DNA of 63,117 bases from Actinomycetota bacterium (GCA_011046085.1 DSBK01000051.1:1-63117), one strand, 5' to 3'; numbered from the stretch's first letter, positions 1 through 9,011 are shown. Notes: generated from the letters alone by a model not told the origin. Translations and numbers: made by a program.

Positions 1-387
1 GCCACTCAACGCAAACAAAGAGACGATGTAAGCGGTTTTTTTAGTTTTAAAGAATCCATGCCAACCAATTACGAGAATGGCTGTAAAATAATATAACCAT
101 AGAATTATTGAGCCAATTTGCTTGACATCCCATCCCCAATAAACATCCCATAACTTTTTGGCTTGCAAAAATCCAACAACGAGCGCAGCTGTTAGAAAAA
201 CAAAGCTGATTATTAAGCATATAAGGTTGAATTTGTGTTGATTCTTTGCAAGAAAAATTTTTGATTCAGAATTCAACCCCCCTTTTTTAATTAAGAGATA
301 GGTTCCACCGCCAAGTCCTGATAAAAATAGACCAATTTGGCTTAAGATTGCTAAAATTGAGTGCAAAACACACTTGTCCAAAATCAT
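1..387 (-). CDS. Cytochrome c biogenesis CcsA/CcmC-like membrane protein, truncated by the left window edge (not in ORF track)
   Basis: Manual translation from ATG at 387, with RBS GGGAG upstream, is open for 129 codons to the edge. It begins MILDKCVLHSILAILSQIGLF and contains the Trp-rich WWD-type motif QAKKLWDVYWGWDVKQIGSIILWLYY between hydrophobic helices. Confidence 0.75.
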   Translation of the reverse strand, partial: MILDKCVLHSILAILSQIGLFLSGLGGGTYLLIKKGGLNSESKIFLAKNQHKFNLICLIISFVFLTAALVVGFLQAKKLWDVYWGWDVKQIGSIILWLYYFTAILVIGWHGFFKTKKTAYIVSLFALSG

Positions 388-476
388 GTTTTCTCCCGCC
401 AGTCTTGATTAAAAATTATTTTATAAGAAAATTTTATTAACTTGTTATAAAATAATAACATAGGAGATTAAGTTAT

Positions 477-872
477 ATGGTGGATAATTTAAAATTTTCC
501 AAAAGTCTAGAAAACCAAAAATTTCAAAAAGCGGATGAAGTAAACTTTGCTCACCCAAGTGAGAGAATTTGTGCAAGGATCCTCGATTTTTATCATATTA
601 GGTGGCTTTATGAGCCAACAACTTTTCCTATCGAATGGGACAAAAAAGAAAATATTGTTAAGAGTTTCGCTCCCGACTTTTATCTCCCCGATTTCGATTT
701 GTATATTGAGCTAACAACGTTAAATCAAAGACTGGTTACCAAAAAGAACAAAAAGGTTCGACGACTGAGAGAAATATACCCGGACATCAAGATAAAGGTT
801 TTGTATCAAAAAGATTTTAAGAATTTGTTGATAAAATACGGATTGCAATATCACGAAAAAGTTAAAAATTGA
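477..872 (+). CDS. Conserved hypothetical protein, PD-(D/E)XK nuclease-like fold
   Basis: RBS GGAG upstream. Pattern SE...WLYEP...FAPDFYLPDFDLYIELTT resembles a restriction-endonuclease-like PD-(D/E)XK core. Confidence 0.6.
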   Translation: MVDNLKFSKSLENQKFQKADEVNFAHPSERICARILDFYHIRWLYEPTTFPIEWDKKENIVKSFAPDFYLPDFDLYIELTTLNQRLVTKKNKKVRRLREIYPDIKIKVLYQKDFKNLLIKYGLQYHEKVKN

Positions 873-950
873 TCTTGCATTATTATTAAAGAAATATCTG
901 ACAAATGTGTTAAAATTCATTTTACATTTTTTTTGTTTGGAGGAACACGA

Positions 951-1502
951 TTGAAAAGTGGTTTACACGATGGCGTTGAGAGGGTTTTGTTTTCCAAAGA
1001 GGAAATCGAAGACAGAGTAAGATTTTTAGGCAAGGAGATAAGCCGTGATTATGAAGGCAAAGATCTCTTATTAATTAACATATTAAAAGGCGGGGTGGTA
1101 TTTCTTGCAAACCTCATGGTGAGCATAGACATACACACTTCAATTGACTTTATGGCCATTTCTAGTTATGGTCCATCAACCGAAACAACGGGTGCCGTAA
1201 AATTAATCAAAGATTTAGAAGAAAGCATCGAGGGCAAGGACGTGCTAGTTGTAGAGGATATAATTGATACGGGTCTGACGTTAAACTATTTAATGAAAAA
1301 TTTAAAAGCGAGGCAACCTGCGAGCTTAAAAGTGTGTACTCTTCTGGATAAAGCAGTTCGTCGCCTAATAGATATTCCTATAAGCTACAAAGGTTTTGAT
1401 GTCCCCGATGTTTTTGTGGTTGGATATGGTTTAGATTATGACCAAAAATATCGCAATCTGCCTTATATTGGGGTACTTAAGCAAGAAGTGTATCTTGGCT
1501 GA
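951..1502 (+). CDS. hpt: Hypoxanthine phosphoribosyltransferase
   Basis: PRPP motif VLVVEDIIDTGLT and C-terminal FVVGYGLDYDQKYRNLPYI. Start moved from the track's 933 to TTG 951, which follows GGAGG at 939-943. Confidence 0.97.
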   Translation: MKSGLHDGVERVLFSKEEIEDRVRFLGKEISRDYEGKDLLLINILKGGVVFLANLMVSIDIHTSIDFMAISSYGPSTETTGAVKLIKDLEESIEGKDVLVVEDIIDTGLTLNYLMKNLKARQPASLKVCTLLDKAVRRLIDIPISYKGFDVPDVFVVGYGLDYDQKYRNLPYIGVLKQEVYLG

Positions 1503-1513
1503 TTTTTAACAAA

Positions 1514-3127
1514 TTAAAGTTTTGTTATCTCTCCTTGCGTTGCATATCCGAGATTATTTGCAAGGTCTCCGATTCTTTCAAAGTGATTTATAATGTCAAG
1601 AAACATTATTCCGGCTGCGGAGAGACAGACACCTTCTTTCAATCTACTTATGTGTTCGAAACGAGCGCTTCGTGCTATTTCATCAATTTTGTCTTCGAGC
1701 TCCTGATATTTTTTTACCATCTCTACATCGTCGTTTTCAAAAGCATATATAATGTTGCTATACATCATTTTGACGTCGGTATATAACATTTCCAGTTCTT
1801 TTTCGGCGTGTTTTGAAAAAGGTATCTTTTCATCATTTTTCTCTACGCTTATCTTCATTATGTTTTCGGCGTGGTCTCCGGCTCTTTCGACGTCATTTAC
1901 AACATGCATAAGAATGGTAAGTCTCCTTGACTGCTCGGGACTCATCGATTGCTGTGAAATCTTGGTTAAATATTTAGTTATTTCTCCTGCGAGGTTATCG
2001 ACGGCCTCTTCGCGCTGTTCTACCTGTTTTTTTACTTTGTTGTTTTGGTTAAATATCATTTCTTTATCATAATCCAGCATCTCCACGGTCAAGCGGGCCA
2101 TTCTGGCAATTTCCTTGGTTGCCTGGCCAAAGGCGACGGATGGCGTGCCCGTGATATTCGGATCCAAGTAAATAGGTCCTCTTTGGATGATAACTTCTTC
2201 TCCCGGCACTAAAAAGGTAACTGCTTTTGCGAACAAACCGACCAAAGGCAACCCTATGATGGTGCAAATTATATTCAACGAGGTTTGGGCATTTGCAATT
2301 TGTCTCGCAATGTTTGTAGAGGTGAAAGTCGCGGCTTTAATAATGAACGGTAAAATGGTCAAAAATATTATGGTTCCAAGCACATTGAACATTAAGTGGG
2401 CCATGGCTGAGCGGCGGGCGGCAATGGATGTTCCGATGCTTGCCAACATTGCGGTTATACACGTGCCAATCTCCGCACCCAAAACAATTGGAATGGCTGA
2501 ATTTATGTTAAGCAAACCCGCGGTTGCTGAAGCAATAACGAGACCCATGGTGGCGCTGCTGCTTTGTATCACAGCGGTAAATAGCATACCCACGAGTACG
2601 CCCAAAAGTGGTTTTTGACCAAAAGTGATCAAAACATCAATCAAAGCTTTGCTTTCTTTCAGGGGAGTTACGGCATCTTTCATTAGAGAAATGCCGAGGA
2701 AGAGTATCCCAAACCCAAGCAACGTTTGCCCAAAGAATTTATAAAGTTTTCTTTTACTAAGGAAGGTTATGGCAAATCCTATTCCGATTGCGGGCAACGC
2801 ATACTTATCTATGTGAAAGGCAACCATCTGCCCAGTTATTGTCGTTCCTATGTTTGCTCCCATGATTACGCCGATCGCTTGCTGAAGGTTCATAAGCCCC
2901 GCGTTGACAAAACCAACCAACATCACCGTTGTTGCGCTGCTGCTTTGTATGAGGGCAGTTACGCCCGCTCCAACCATGGCGCCCCTCCAAGGTTTGGTGG
3001 TTAAAACCTCCAACACTTTCCGCATCCTGTCGCCAGCAATTTTTTGTAGGCCATCTCCCATTTCTTGTATTCCGTAAATAAATAGCCCCAGGCCTCCAAT
3101 CATGTTCATGGCTAAATTAATTATCAT
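1514..3127 (-). CDS. Na/Pi cotransporter family protein with C-terminal PhoU-like domains
   Basis: Two QSSSAT repeats (LIQSSSATT, VIQSSSATM), GANIGTT and GAEIGTC motifs, multiple TM helices, and PhoU-like tail motifs DVERAGDHAEN and ERIGDLANN. Confidence 0.93.
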   Translation of the reverse strand: MIINLAMNMIGGLGLFIYGIQEMGDGLQKIAGDRMRKVLEVLTTKPWRGAMVGAGVTALIQSSSATTVMLVGFVNAGLMNLQQAIGVIMGANIGTTITGQMVAFHIDKYALPAIGIGFAITFLSKRKLYKFFGQTLLGFGILFLGISLMKDAVTPLKESKALIDVLITFGQKPLLGVLVGMLFTAVIQSSSATMGLVIASATAGLLNINSAIPIVLGAEIGTCITAMLASIGTSIAARRSAMAHLMFNVLGTIIFLTILPFIIKAATFTSTNIARQIANAQTSLNIICTIIGLPLVGLFAKAVTFLVPGEEVIIQRGPIYLDPNITGTPSVAFGQATKEIARMARLTVEMLDYDKEMIFNQNNKVKKQVEQREEAVDNLAGEITKYLTKISQQSMSPEQSRRLTILMHVVNDVERAGDHAENIMKISVEKNDEKIPFSKHAEKELEMLYTDVKMMYSNIIYAFENDDVEMVKKYQELEDKIDEIARSARFEHISRLKEGVCLSAAGIMFLDIINHFERIGDLANNLGYATQGEITKL

Positions 3128-3216
3128 CTTGTCTCCCTTTAGTGGTGGTTTTGCTGGAAGAAGTATATCAAAAAAAATTTTTAAAAAGAATATATTTTTT
3201 CAAAAAATAAGCAACA

Positions 3217-3245
3217 TTGCTTAGGCGGTTTAATTGTAATAAAAT
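3217..3245 (+). promoter_or_regulatory. Putative sigma70-type promoter for the M23 gene
   Basis: TTGCTT (3217-3222), 17-nt spacer, TAAAAT (3240-3245). The -35 lies inside the palindrome TAAGCAACATTGCTTA. Confidence 0.5.
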
Positions 3246-3272
3246 TAAAATAATTTGAGCATTTCGGGGGCG

Positions 3273-4286
3273 ATGGGAATCCGAAAACTAAAGGTTTTTT
3301 TTGTTTTAAGTTTTTCGATAATTTTGTTATTGGTGTTTTCAGCTTATGGTCTTTGCGCGCCTTCTTCTAAACAAAAACAAGCTAAAGATGCTAAGAGTCA
3401 AATAAACAATCTTCAAATTCAGCTTAATAAGGCAGCAAGAGAATATGATTCGGCTTATGGTGAGTACATTGAAACCGTTTCTGCTGAAGATAAAACAAAA
3501 GCGCGTCTTGTAACCACCGAGAAAGAGTTTGAAACAAAAAAAAATGTCTTAAATTCTCGATTGAAAGCCATTTACACACAAGAAGAACTAAGCTTTTTAC
3601 AGGTTTTTATGGAATCGGTCGATTTTAATGATTTTTTAACGCGTTTTTATTTGTATGAGCGAATTGGCGCCTGGGATGCGAAAATCATTGATGAAACGAG
3701 AAATTTAAAAATAGAACTTCAACAAGAGAAAGAAGAATTAGAGTTAAGGCGGTCTCAACAAAAGGCGTTATTAAAAAGGTTGAGTAAGAAACAAAAAGAG
3801 CTGGATAAAAAATTTAAGGAGACCAAAGGATTACTTTCCAATATTGAGAAGGATCTACGAAATGCACCACGGGTTTCTTCTCGCACAATTAAAGGGGTTA
3901 GAATGAGCTGTTTTCCTGTGGCCAGGCCCTATGCGTACAGCGATAGTTGGTTGGCTCCTCGAAAAGGGCATCGGCATCAGGGTTGCGACATTTTTGCAAC
4001 CAGAGGGACTCCTTGTTATGCTTGTGTAAGTGGAATAGTAAAGACAAGTGGCAGCCGAAATGGCGGGATGACGATATATTTACACGGCGACACCGGCGAT
4101 AATTTTTATTATATGCACCTGAACGGATTTGCTGTTTCTGGCGGTCATGTTGAGGCAGGTCAGATTATAGGTTCTGTTGGCGATACGGGTAACGCAAGAG
4201 GAGGCGCATGCCACCTACATTTCGAAGTTCATCCGGGCGGCGGGAGAGCCGTAAATCCATATCCGATTTTAAGAAGTATAGAATAA
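3273..4286 (+). CDS. Secreted peptidoglycan endopeptidase: PcsB-like coiled coil plus M23 domain
   Basis: N-terminal signal/TM helix, long coiled coil, M23 Zn motifs HQGCD (HxxxD) and HLHF (HxH). ATG 3273 after GGGGG is preferred over the track's TTG 3255. Confidence 0.9.
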   Translation: MGIRKLKVFFVLSFSIILLLVFSAYGLCAPSSKQKQAKDAKSQINNLQIQLNKAAREYDSAYGEYIETVSAEDKTKARLVTTEKEFETKKNVLNSRLKAIYTQEELSFLQVFMESVDFNDFLTRFYLYERIGAWDAKIIDETRNLKIELQQEKEELELRRSQQKALLKRLSKKQKELDKKFKETKGLLSNIEKDLRNAPRVSSRTIKGVRMSCFPVARPYAYSDSWLAPRKGHRHQGCDIFATRGTPCYACVSGIVKTSGSRNGGMTIYLHGDTGDNFYYMHLNGFAVSGGHVEAGQIIGSVGDTGNARGGACHLHFEVHPGGGRAVNPYPILRSIE

Positions 4287-4303
4287 ATGGGTGTTATCTT
4301 AGT

Positions 4304-4332
4304 TTGACGTTTTTCGGAAGTGGCAGTAATAT
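4304..4332 (+). promoter_or_regulatory. Putative sigma70-type promoter of the thi operon
   Basis: TTGACG, 17-nt spacer, TAATAT, directly upstream of the TPP aptamer. A second TATAAT lies at 4338-4343. Confidence 0.6.
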
Positions 4333-4352
4333 GAAGTTATAATCAAATATGG

Positions 4353-4445
4353 ATGCAAGGGGAGCTTTTAGCTGAGAGTTCACCGTCAGAGGCGGCGGGG
4401 AAGACCCTTAAAACCTGTCTGGATAATGCCAGCGTAGGGATGCAA
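4353..4445 (+). promoter_or_regulatory. TPP riboswitch (THI element)
   Basis: Hallmark strings AGGGGAGC...GCTGAGA...GACCCTTAAAACCTGTCTGGATAATGCCAGCGTAGGGA directly upstream of thiamine genes. Confidence 0.95.
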
Positions 4446-4460
4446 GATATCATAAATCCT

Positions 4461-4484
4461 GTCCGCTGTTTGGCGGATTTTTTT
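4461..4484 (+). terminator. Probable attenuator terminator of the TPP expression platform
   Basis: Stem GTCCGC/GCGGAT with a 6-nt loop, followed by a T7 tract, between the aptamer and thiE. Confidence 0.6.
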
Positions 4485-4495
4485 GTGAGGTTTTT

Positions 4496-5140
4496 ATGAA
4501 TTTTTCTTTTTATGTGATCACTTCGGAGGCATTGGATTTTAAAAGAAGCCATCTTGATGTTGTTGAAGCGGCAATAGAAGGGGGCGCAACGGTTATTCAG
4601 TTTAGAGAAAAAAATAAAAACACCGTGGAGTTATTTAAAATCGCTCGTGAGCTTCACAGAAGAACAAGGGCGGCAAATGTTCCTTTAATTATAAATGATC
4701 GACTGGACATCGCTCAAGCGGTTGGAGCGGAAGGAGTCCACTTAGGCAAGGAGGATATGCCCGTAAAAGTAGCCCGACGGATACTGGGTCGCAGTGCTAT
4801 AATTGGCGCTTCTTGTGGGAATGTTAAAGATGCGTTAAAAGCCGAAAGTGATGGTGCAGACTATATTGGTGTTGGTCCGATTTTTCCCACCATTACGAAG
4901 AAAAATGCACGTAAGCCAATTGGAATTGATGGTCTTATCGATATTAAAAATTATGTTGATATCCCGGTTGTGGCTATCGGTGGCATATCAAGCGATAACA
5001 TTCAATCGGTGATGGAAGCAGGCGCGGATGGTGTGGCAATTATCTCTGCGGTGGCCGTTGCTCCAGACATGAAAGAAGAAAGCCATGTCTTATTCGAAAA
5101 AATAAAGAGGTCAAGGAGGTCAAATTGTGAGTCTAAATGA
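4496..5140 (+). CDS. thiE: Thiamine-phosphate synthase
   Basis: [34 protein letters not shown] and VAIGGI motifs. Confidence 0.96.
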   Translation: MNFSFYVITSEALDFKRSHLDVVEAAIEGGATVIQFREKNKNTVELFKIARELHRRTRAANVPLIINDRLDIAQAVGAEGVHLGKEDMPVKVARRILGRSAIIGASCGNVKDALKAESDGADYIGVGPIFPTITKKNARKPIGIDGLIDIKNYVDIPVVAIGGISSDNIQSVMEAGADGVAIISAVAVAPDMKEESHVLFEKIKRSRRSNCESK

Positions 5141-5900
5141 AGTTACAATTACAAAAGCGATTGTAAAAGAATTTTTAAAAGTTTTTATTGAATATTCCGA
5201 GGTGGATGCCGCGCTGGTGGGAGGGGGACCAGCAAACCTGATCGCTTCAACCTATTTGGCTCGAAAGGGTGTAAAAACCGCGCTTTTTGAGAAAAAACTG
5301 TCTTTGGGTGGAGGAATGTGGGGAGGCGGTATGATGTTTCCCCGTATCGTTGTGCAATCTGAGGCATGTAGGATTCTTGATGATTTTGGAATAAAATATG
5401 CTGAATATGAGCCCGGTTATTACGTTGCAAATTCAATTGAATCTGTAGGCAAGCTTATTAGTGAGGCTTGTGATGCAGGTGTTCAAGTATTTAATTTGAT
5501 GAGCGTTGAAGATGTAATGATACGGGATGATGATGCAGTTATGGGATTGGTGATAAATTGGACTCCTGTTGACATGGCGGGATTGCACGTTGATCCCCTG
5601 TCAATCTCCGCTAAGGTTGTAATAGATGGCACTGGTCATGATGCCGAAGTTTGTCGGGTGGTTGAAAGAAAAATCCCCGAAGCAAAGTTTAATGTTAAGG
5701 GCGAAAAACCCATGTGGGCTGATGTGGGTGAAAGAGTGCTTTTAGATACAACGAAGGAAGTTTATCCCGGGCTTATAGTTGCGGGTATGGCTGCTAACGC
5801 GGTAGCCGGGGGGCACAGAATGGGACCAGTCTTCGGTGGAATGATGTTGTCTGGAGAAAAAGCGGCTCAGATTGCTTTTGAAAAGTTGGGAGTGGGTTAA
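5127..5900 (+). CDS. thi4: Thi4-family thiazole synthase, sulfide-dependent (His) type
   Basis: [25 protein letters not shown] and [13 protein letters not shown] motifs. GTG start with RBS GGAGG. Confidence 0.93.
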   Translation: MSLNEVTITKAIVKEFLKVFIEYSEVDAALVGGGPANLIASTYLARKGVKTALFEKKLSLGGGMWGGGMMFPRIVVQSEACRILDDFGIKYAEYEPGYYVANSIESVGKLISEACDAGVQVFNLMSVEDVMIRDDDAVMGLVINWTPVDMAGLHVDPLSISAKVVIDGTGHDAEVCRVVERKIPEAKFNVKGEKPMWADVGERVLLDTTKEVYPGLIVAGMAANAVAGGHRMGPVFGGMMLSGEKAAQIAFEKLGVG

Positions 5901-7211
5901 ATGACTTTAATTACGAGAATTAAAGCAGGAGAAGTTCCTGACGAAATAAAAGCCATTGCAAGAGATGAGGCTTGCAAGGTTGAGTCAATACTGGAGAAAA
6001 TTGTTTGCGGAAAGGTGGTTATACCCAAAAACATTAATCGCCCACATGTTAAACCGGTAGGAATCGGAGAAGGTCTTACAACAAAAGTTAATGCAAACAT
6101 AGGCACATCAGAAGAGTACCCTTTGTTTAAAGAAGAACTTAAAAAATTGGAAGTTGCAATTGAAGCAAAGGCCGATACCGTTATGGATCTCAGCACGGGT
6201 GGTGATTTAAACAAGATTCGCAAAGAGATTATTAAAAGATCGTCCGTTCCAATCGGAACAGTTCCGATTTATCAAGCGGCAATAGATGCAAAATCAAAGT
6301 ACGGGAATATTGTTGATATGACGAAAGACCATATCTTCGAAGTTATTAGAGAACAAGTGGTAGATGGAGTAGATTTTATAACGGTTCATTGCGGGGTTAC
6401 TCGTAAGGCAATAAGTGTCTTAAACGAAGAAGGCCGCGAGATGGATGTGGTAAGTCGCGGGGGCGCTTTTATGATGGGATGGATATTGCATAATAATAAA
6501 GAGAATCCTCTTTATGAAGAATTTGATGAACTCCTTTCCATCGCAAAAAAATATGATGTTACTTTAAGTCTTGGCGATGGAATGCGTCCGGGTTGTATAG
6601 CTGATGCTACAGACTGTGCGCAAATTCAAGAACTCTTGACGCTTGGCGAGCTGGTTGATAGAGCGAGAGAAGCGGAAGTTCAAGTGATGGTGGAGGGTCC
6701 GGGACATGTACCGCTCAATCAAATTGAAACAAACATAAGGTTGGAGAAAGAAATCTGTAAAGATGCTCCTTTTTATGTACTCGGCCCCATCGTGACCGAT
6801 GTTGCCCCGGGATATGACCATATTGTATCAGCAATAGGCGGCGCTTTTGCAGCTTCGGTGGGAGCAGATTTTCTATGCTATGTGACTTCGCGTGAGCATC
6901 TTGGTTTGCCAACCGCAAACGATGTCAAAGAAGGAGTCATCGTTTCAAAAATAGCAGCTCATGTTGCAGATATTGCTAAAGGGCTCCCAGGAGCAAAAGA
7001 TTGGGATTTAAGGATGACGAAAGCCAGACGTCGTTTAGATTGGGAAAATGCGCTAAAGTTAGCAATTGATCCAGAAAAAGCAAGAAATGCTTACGAAGAG
7101 AGAAAGAAGGAAGGCAAAGATGTTTGCACGATGTGCGGGGATTTTTGTGCTTTAAAGTTGGTTGATGAATATCTGGGAAAAGCTAAAACAAGGAAAATGG
7201 GTAAAGGGTAA
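5901..7211 (+). CDS. thiC: Phosphomethylpyrimidine synthase
   Basis: KVNANIGTS, DTVMDLSTGG, SRGGA, SLGDGMRPG, EGPGHVP, GYDHI, EHLGLP and C-terminal CTMCGDFC Fe-S motif. Lies in a TPP-controlled operon. Confidence 0.95.
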   Translation: MTLITRIKAGEVPDEIKAIARDEACKVESILEKIVCGKVVIPKNINRPHVKPVGIGEGLTTKVNANIGTSEEYPLFKEELKKLEVAIEAKADTVMDLSTGGDLNKIRKEIIKRSSVPIGTVPIYQAAIDAKSKYGNIVDMTKDHIFEVIREQVVDGVDFITVHCGVTRKAISVLNEEGREMDVVSRGGAFMMGWILHNNKENPLYEEFDELLSIAKKYDVTLSLGDGMRPGCIADATDCAQIQELLTLGELVDRAREAEVQVMVEGPGHVPLNQIETNIRLEKEICKDAPFYVLGPIVTDVAPGYDHIVSAIGGAFAASVGADFLCYVTSREHLGLPTANDVKEGVIVSKIAAHVADIAKGLPGAKDWDLRMTKARRRLDWENALKLAIDPEKARNAYEERKKEGKDVCTMCGDFCALKLVDEYLGKAKTRKMGKG

Positions 7212-7215
7212 AGGA

Positions 7216-8229
7216 ATGTATATCGAAGATATTGGTGAAATTGAATTGATAAAAAAAATCTCCAATTTAGCTGGGGTTCAAAATAAAGATATAATTGTTC
7301 CCATTGGAGATGATGCCGCAGTTGTCAATATCCCTTCGGATTACAACACCGTTTTAACAACAGATATTTTAATTGAAGGAGTCCATTTTGAACTCACCAA
7401 AATTTCGGCATATCAGCTGGGACGGAAATCAATGTTGGTCAATATCAGCGATATTGCCGCAATGTCAGCCATGCCCGCTTATGCATTAATTTCAATGGGT
7501 GTTATGCCCAAAACCGAGGTTGAATTCATCGAAGAAATTTACAGGGGAATGTTGAACGTTGCCAAAGAATATAATTTTTCGATAGTCGGTGGCGATACGG
7601 CTCTGTCCCCACATTCTTTGATAATCAACGTTGCCATGGTGGGTAAAGTCGAATCTAATTTTGCGACAAAAAGAAGTGATGCAAAAGTGGGAGATAAAAT
7701 TTTAGTAACGGGTAGTCTTGGCGCCTCATCTGCAGGACTTTTTTTATTAAGTTATAAATCGGCAATTACGGATAATAATCTGATAAGTGCTCTTTTGGAA
7801 CCCACCCCTCGATTAAAAGAAGCCAGGATTGCCAAAACTTGTGGGGCGCATGCAATCGAAGACGTAAGCGATGGTCTTGCTGGGGAGATAAGGCACATTT
7901 GCGATGCCAGCAAAGTAGGAGCCGCAATTTATGAAAAAAGTTTACCTATTCCTGAGACTGTTGAAGAAGTTGCAAGTATTGCTAAAAAAGCGCCCAAGGA
8001 TTTTGCTCTTTATGGCGGCGAAGATTATGAAATTGTTTTGACCGTCTCTCCCGAAGACGCAGAAGAGATCATTCGATGCATAGAATCTAAAACGGGGACC
8101 ACGGTTAAGTTGATCGGAGAAGTCTTGGAGAAAGAAGAAGGAATATATCTTTTAACCAAAGAGGGTTCAAAGGAACCATTGCTGGAAGGGTACGAGCATT
8201 TTAAAAAGGGGTGTTTTAATTGGAAATAA
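7216..8229 (+). CDS. thiL: Thiamine-monophosphate kinase
   Basis: IGDDAAV, TTDILIEGVHF, NISDIAAM, GGDT, DVSDGL and GGEDYE motifs. ATG 7216 preferred to the track's 7162, which overlaps thiC. Confidence 0.95.
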   Translation: MYIEDIGEIELIKKISNLAGVQNKDIIVPIGDDAAVVNIPSDYNTVLTTDILIEGVHFELTKISAYQLGRKSMLVNISDIAAMSAMPAYALISMGVMPKTEVEFIEEIYRGMLNVAKEYNFSIVGGDTALSPHSLIINVAMVGKVESNFATKRSDAKVGDKILVTGSLGASSAGLFLLSYKSAITDNNLISALLEPTPRLKEARIAKTCGAHAIEDVSDGLAGEIRHICDASKVGAAIYEKSLPIPETVEEVASIAKKAPKDFALYGGEDYEIVLTVSPEDAEEIIRCIESKTGTTVKLIGEVLEKEEGIYLLTKEGSKEPLLEGYEHFKKGCFNWK

Positions 8230-9011
8230 AGAAATTGTTGGTGATCGGCGGATCGGATCCCAGCGGTGGCGCCGGTATTCAAGTAGATAGATTTACCGCT
8301 GCTGATCTGGGGGTTTTTCCATATAGCGTTTTAACGGCAGTAATTGCTCAGAATAGTTCTGGTGTATCAAGCATAGAAAAGTTGTCTAAGGAAATAATTT
8401 CCAAACAACTGGAAGCTGTTTTTGCAGATACAAATGTTGATGCCATAAAAACGGGGATGCTTGCTTCGAGAGAATCAGTGGAGGTAATTTCAAATATTGT
8501 CGATGAAATAGAAGTAAAAAATTTTGTTATAGATCCTGTTTTTCGATCTTCTAGCGGGACAACTTTTTTGAGCGCTTCTGCAATTTCGCTTACAAAGGTT
8601 CGTTTGTTTGCTAAAGCCCGTATCATTACTCCAAATATTCCTGAAGCGGAAAGACTTGCGGGGTTTCCAATAAAAGATTTTAACGATGTAAAAAAGGCCG
8701 CGAAGGAAATAAAAATGTTTGGCTCGGAATGGGTATTAATTAAAGGCGGGCACCTTCCGGGTGGTGAGTGTATAGATTTTTTGTTTGACGGAATTGTTGA
8801 GTATAAATTTTCTGATAAAAAAATAAACAAAGATGTTAGGGGAACCGGTTGTATTTTTTCCACTGCGCTTGCTTCTCAGCTAGCCTTGGGACAAGATGTG
8901 CCAGAAGCGGCAGAATTTGCCAAGAAATATGTTGGCGATAGGATCGCCGGCGCAATTTGTTTTGGTAAAAACTCTTTTCAAACACTCCCATCATTTATTT
9001 CTCAACTTTAA
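8220..9011 (+). CDS. thiD: Hydroxymethylpyrimidine/phosphomethylpyrimidine kinase
   Basis: GGSDPSGGAGIQ, IKTGML, IDPV, ITPNIPEA, IKGGH and GTGC motifs. Confidence 0.93.
   Translation: MEIKKLLVIGGSDPSGGAGIQVDRFTAADLGVFPYSVLTAVIAQNSSGVSSIEKLSKEIISKQLEAVFADTNVDAIKTGMLASRESVEVISNIVDEIEVKNFVIDPVFRSSSGTTFLSASAISLTKVRLFAKARIITPNIPEAERLAGFPIKDFNDVKKAAKEIKMFGSEWVLIKGGHLPGGECIDFLFDGIVEYKFSDKKINKDVRGTGCIFSTALASQLALGQDVPEAAEFAKKYVGDRIAGAICFGKNSFQTLPSFISQL

Noticed and set aside
4343-4552. Minus-strand 69-aa ORF
   Set aside because: Antisense to the TPP riboswitch and the thiE start, with no motif.
5901-7211. Alternative call as BzaA/BzaB/BzaF (ThiC paralogues for the B12 lower ligand)
   Set aside because: It sits in a TPP-riboswitch operon with thiE, thi4, thiL and thiD, and no cobalamin genes are nearby.
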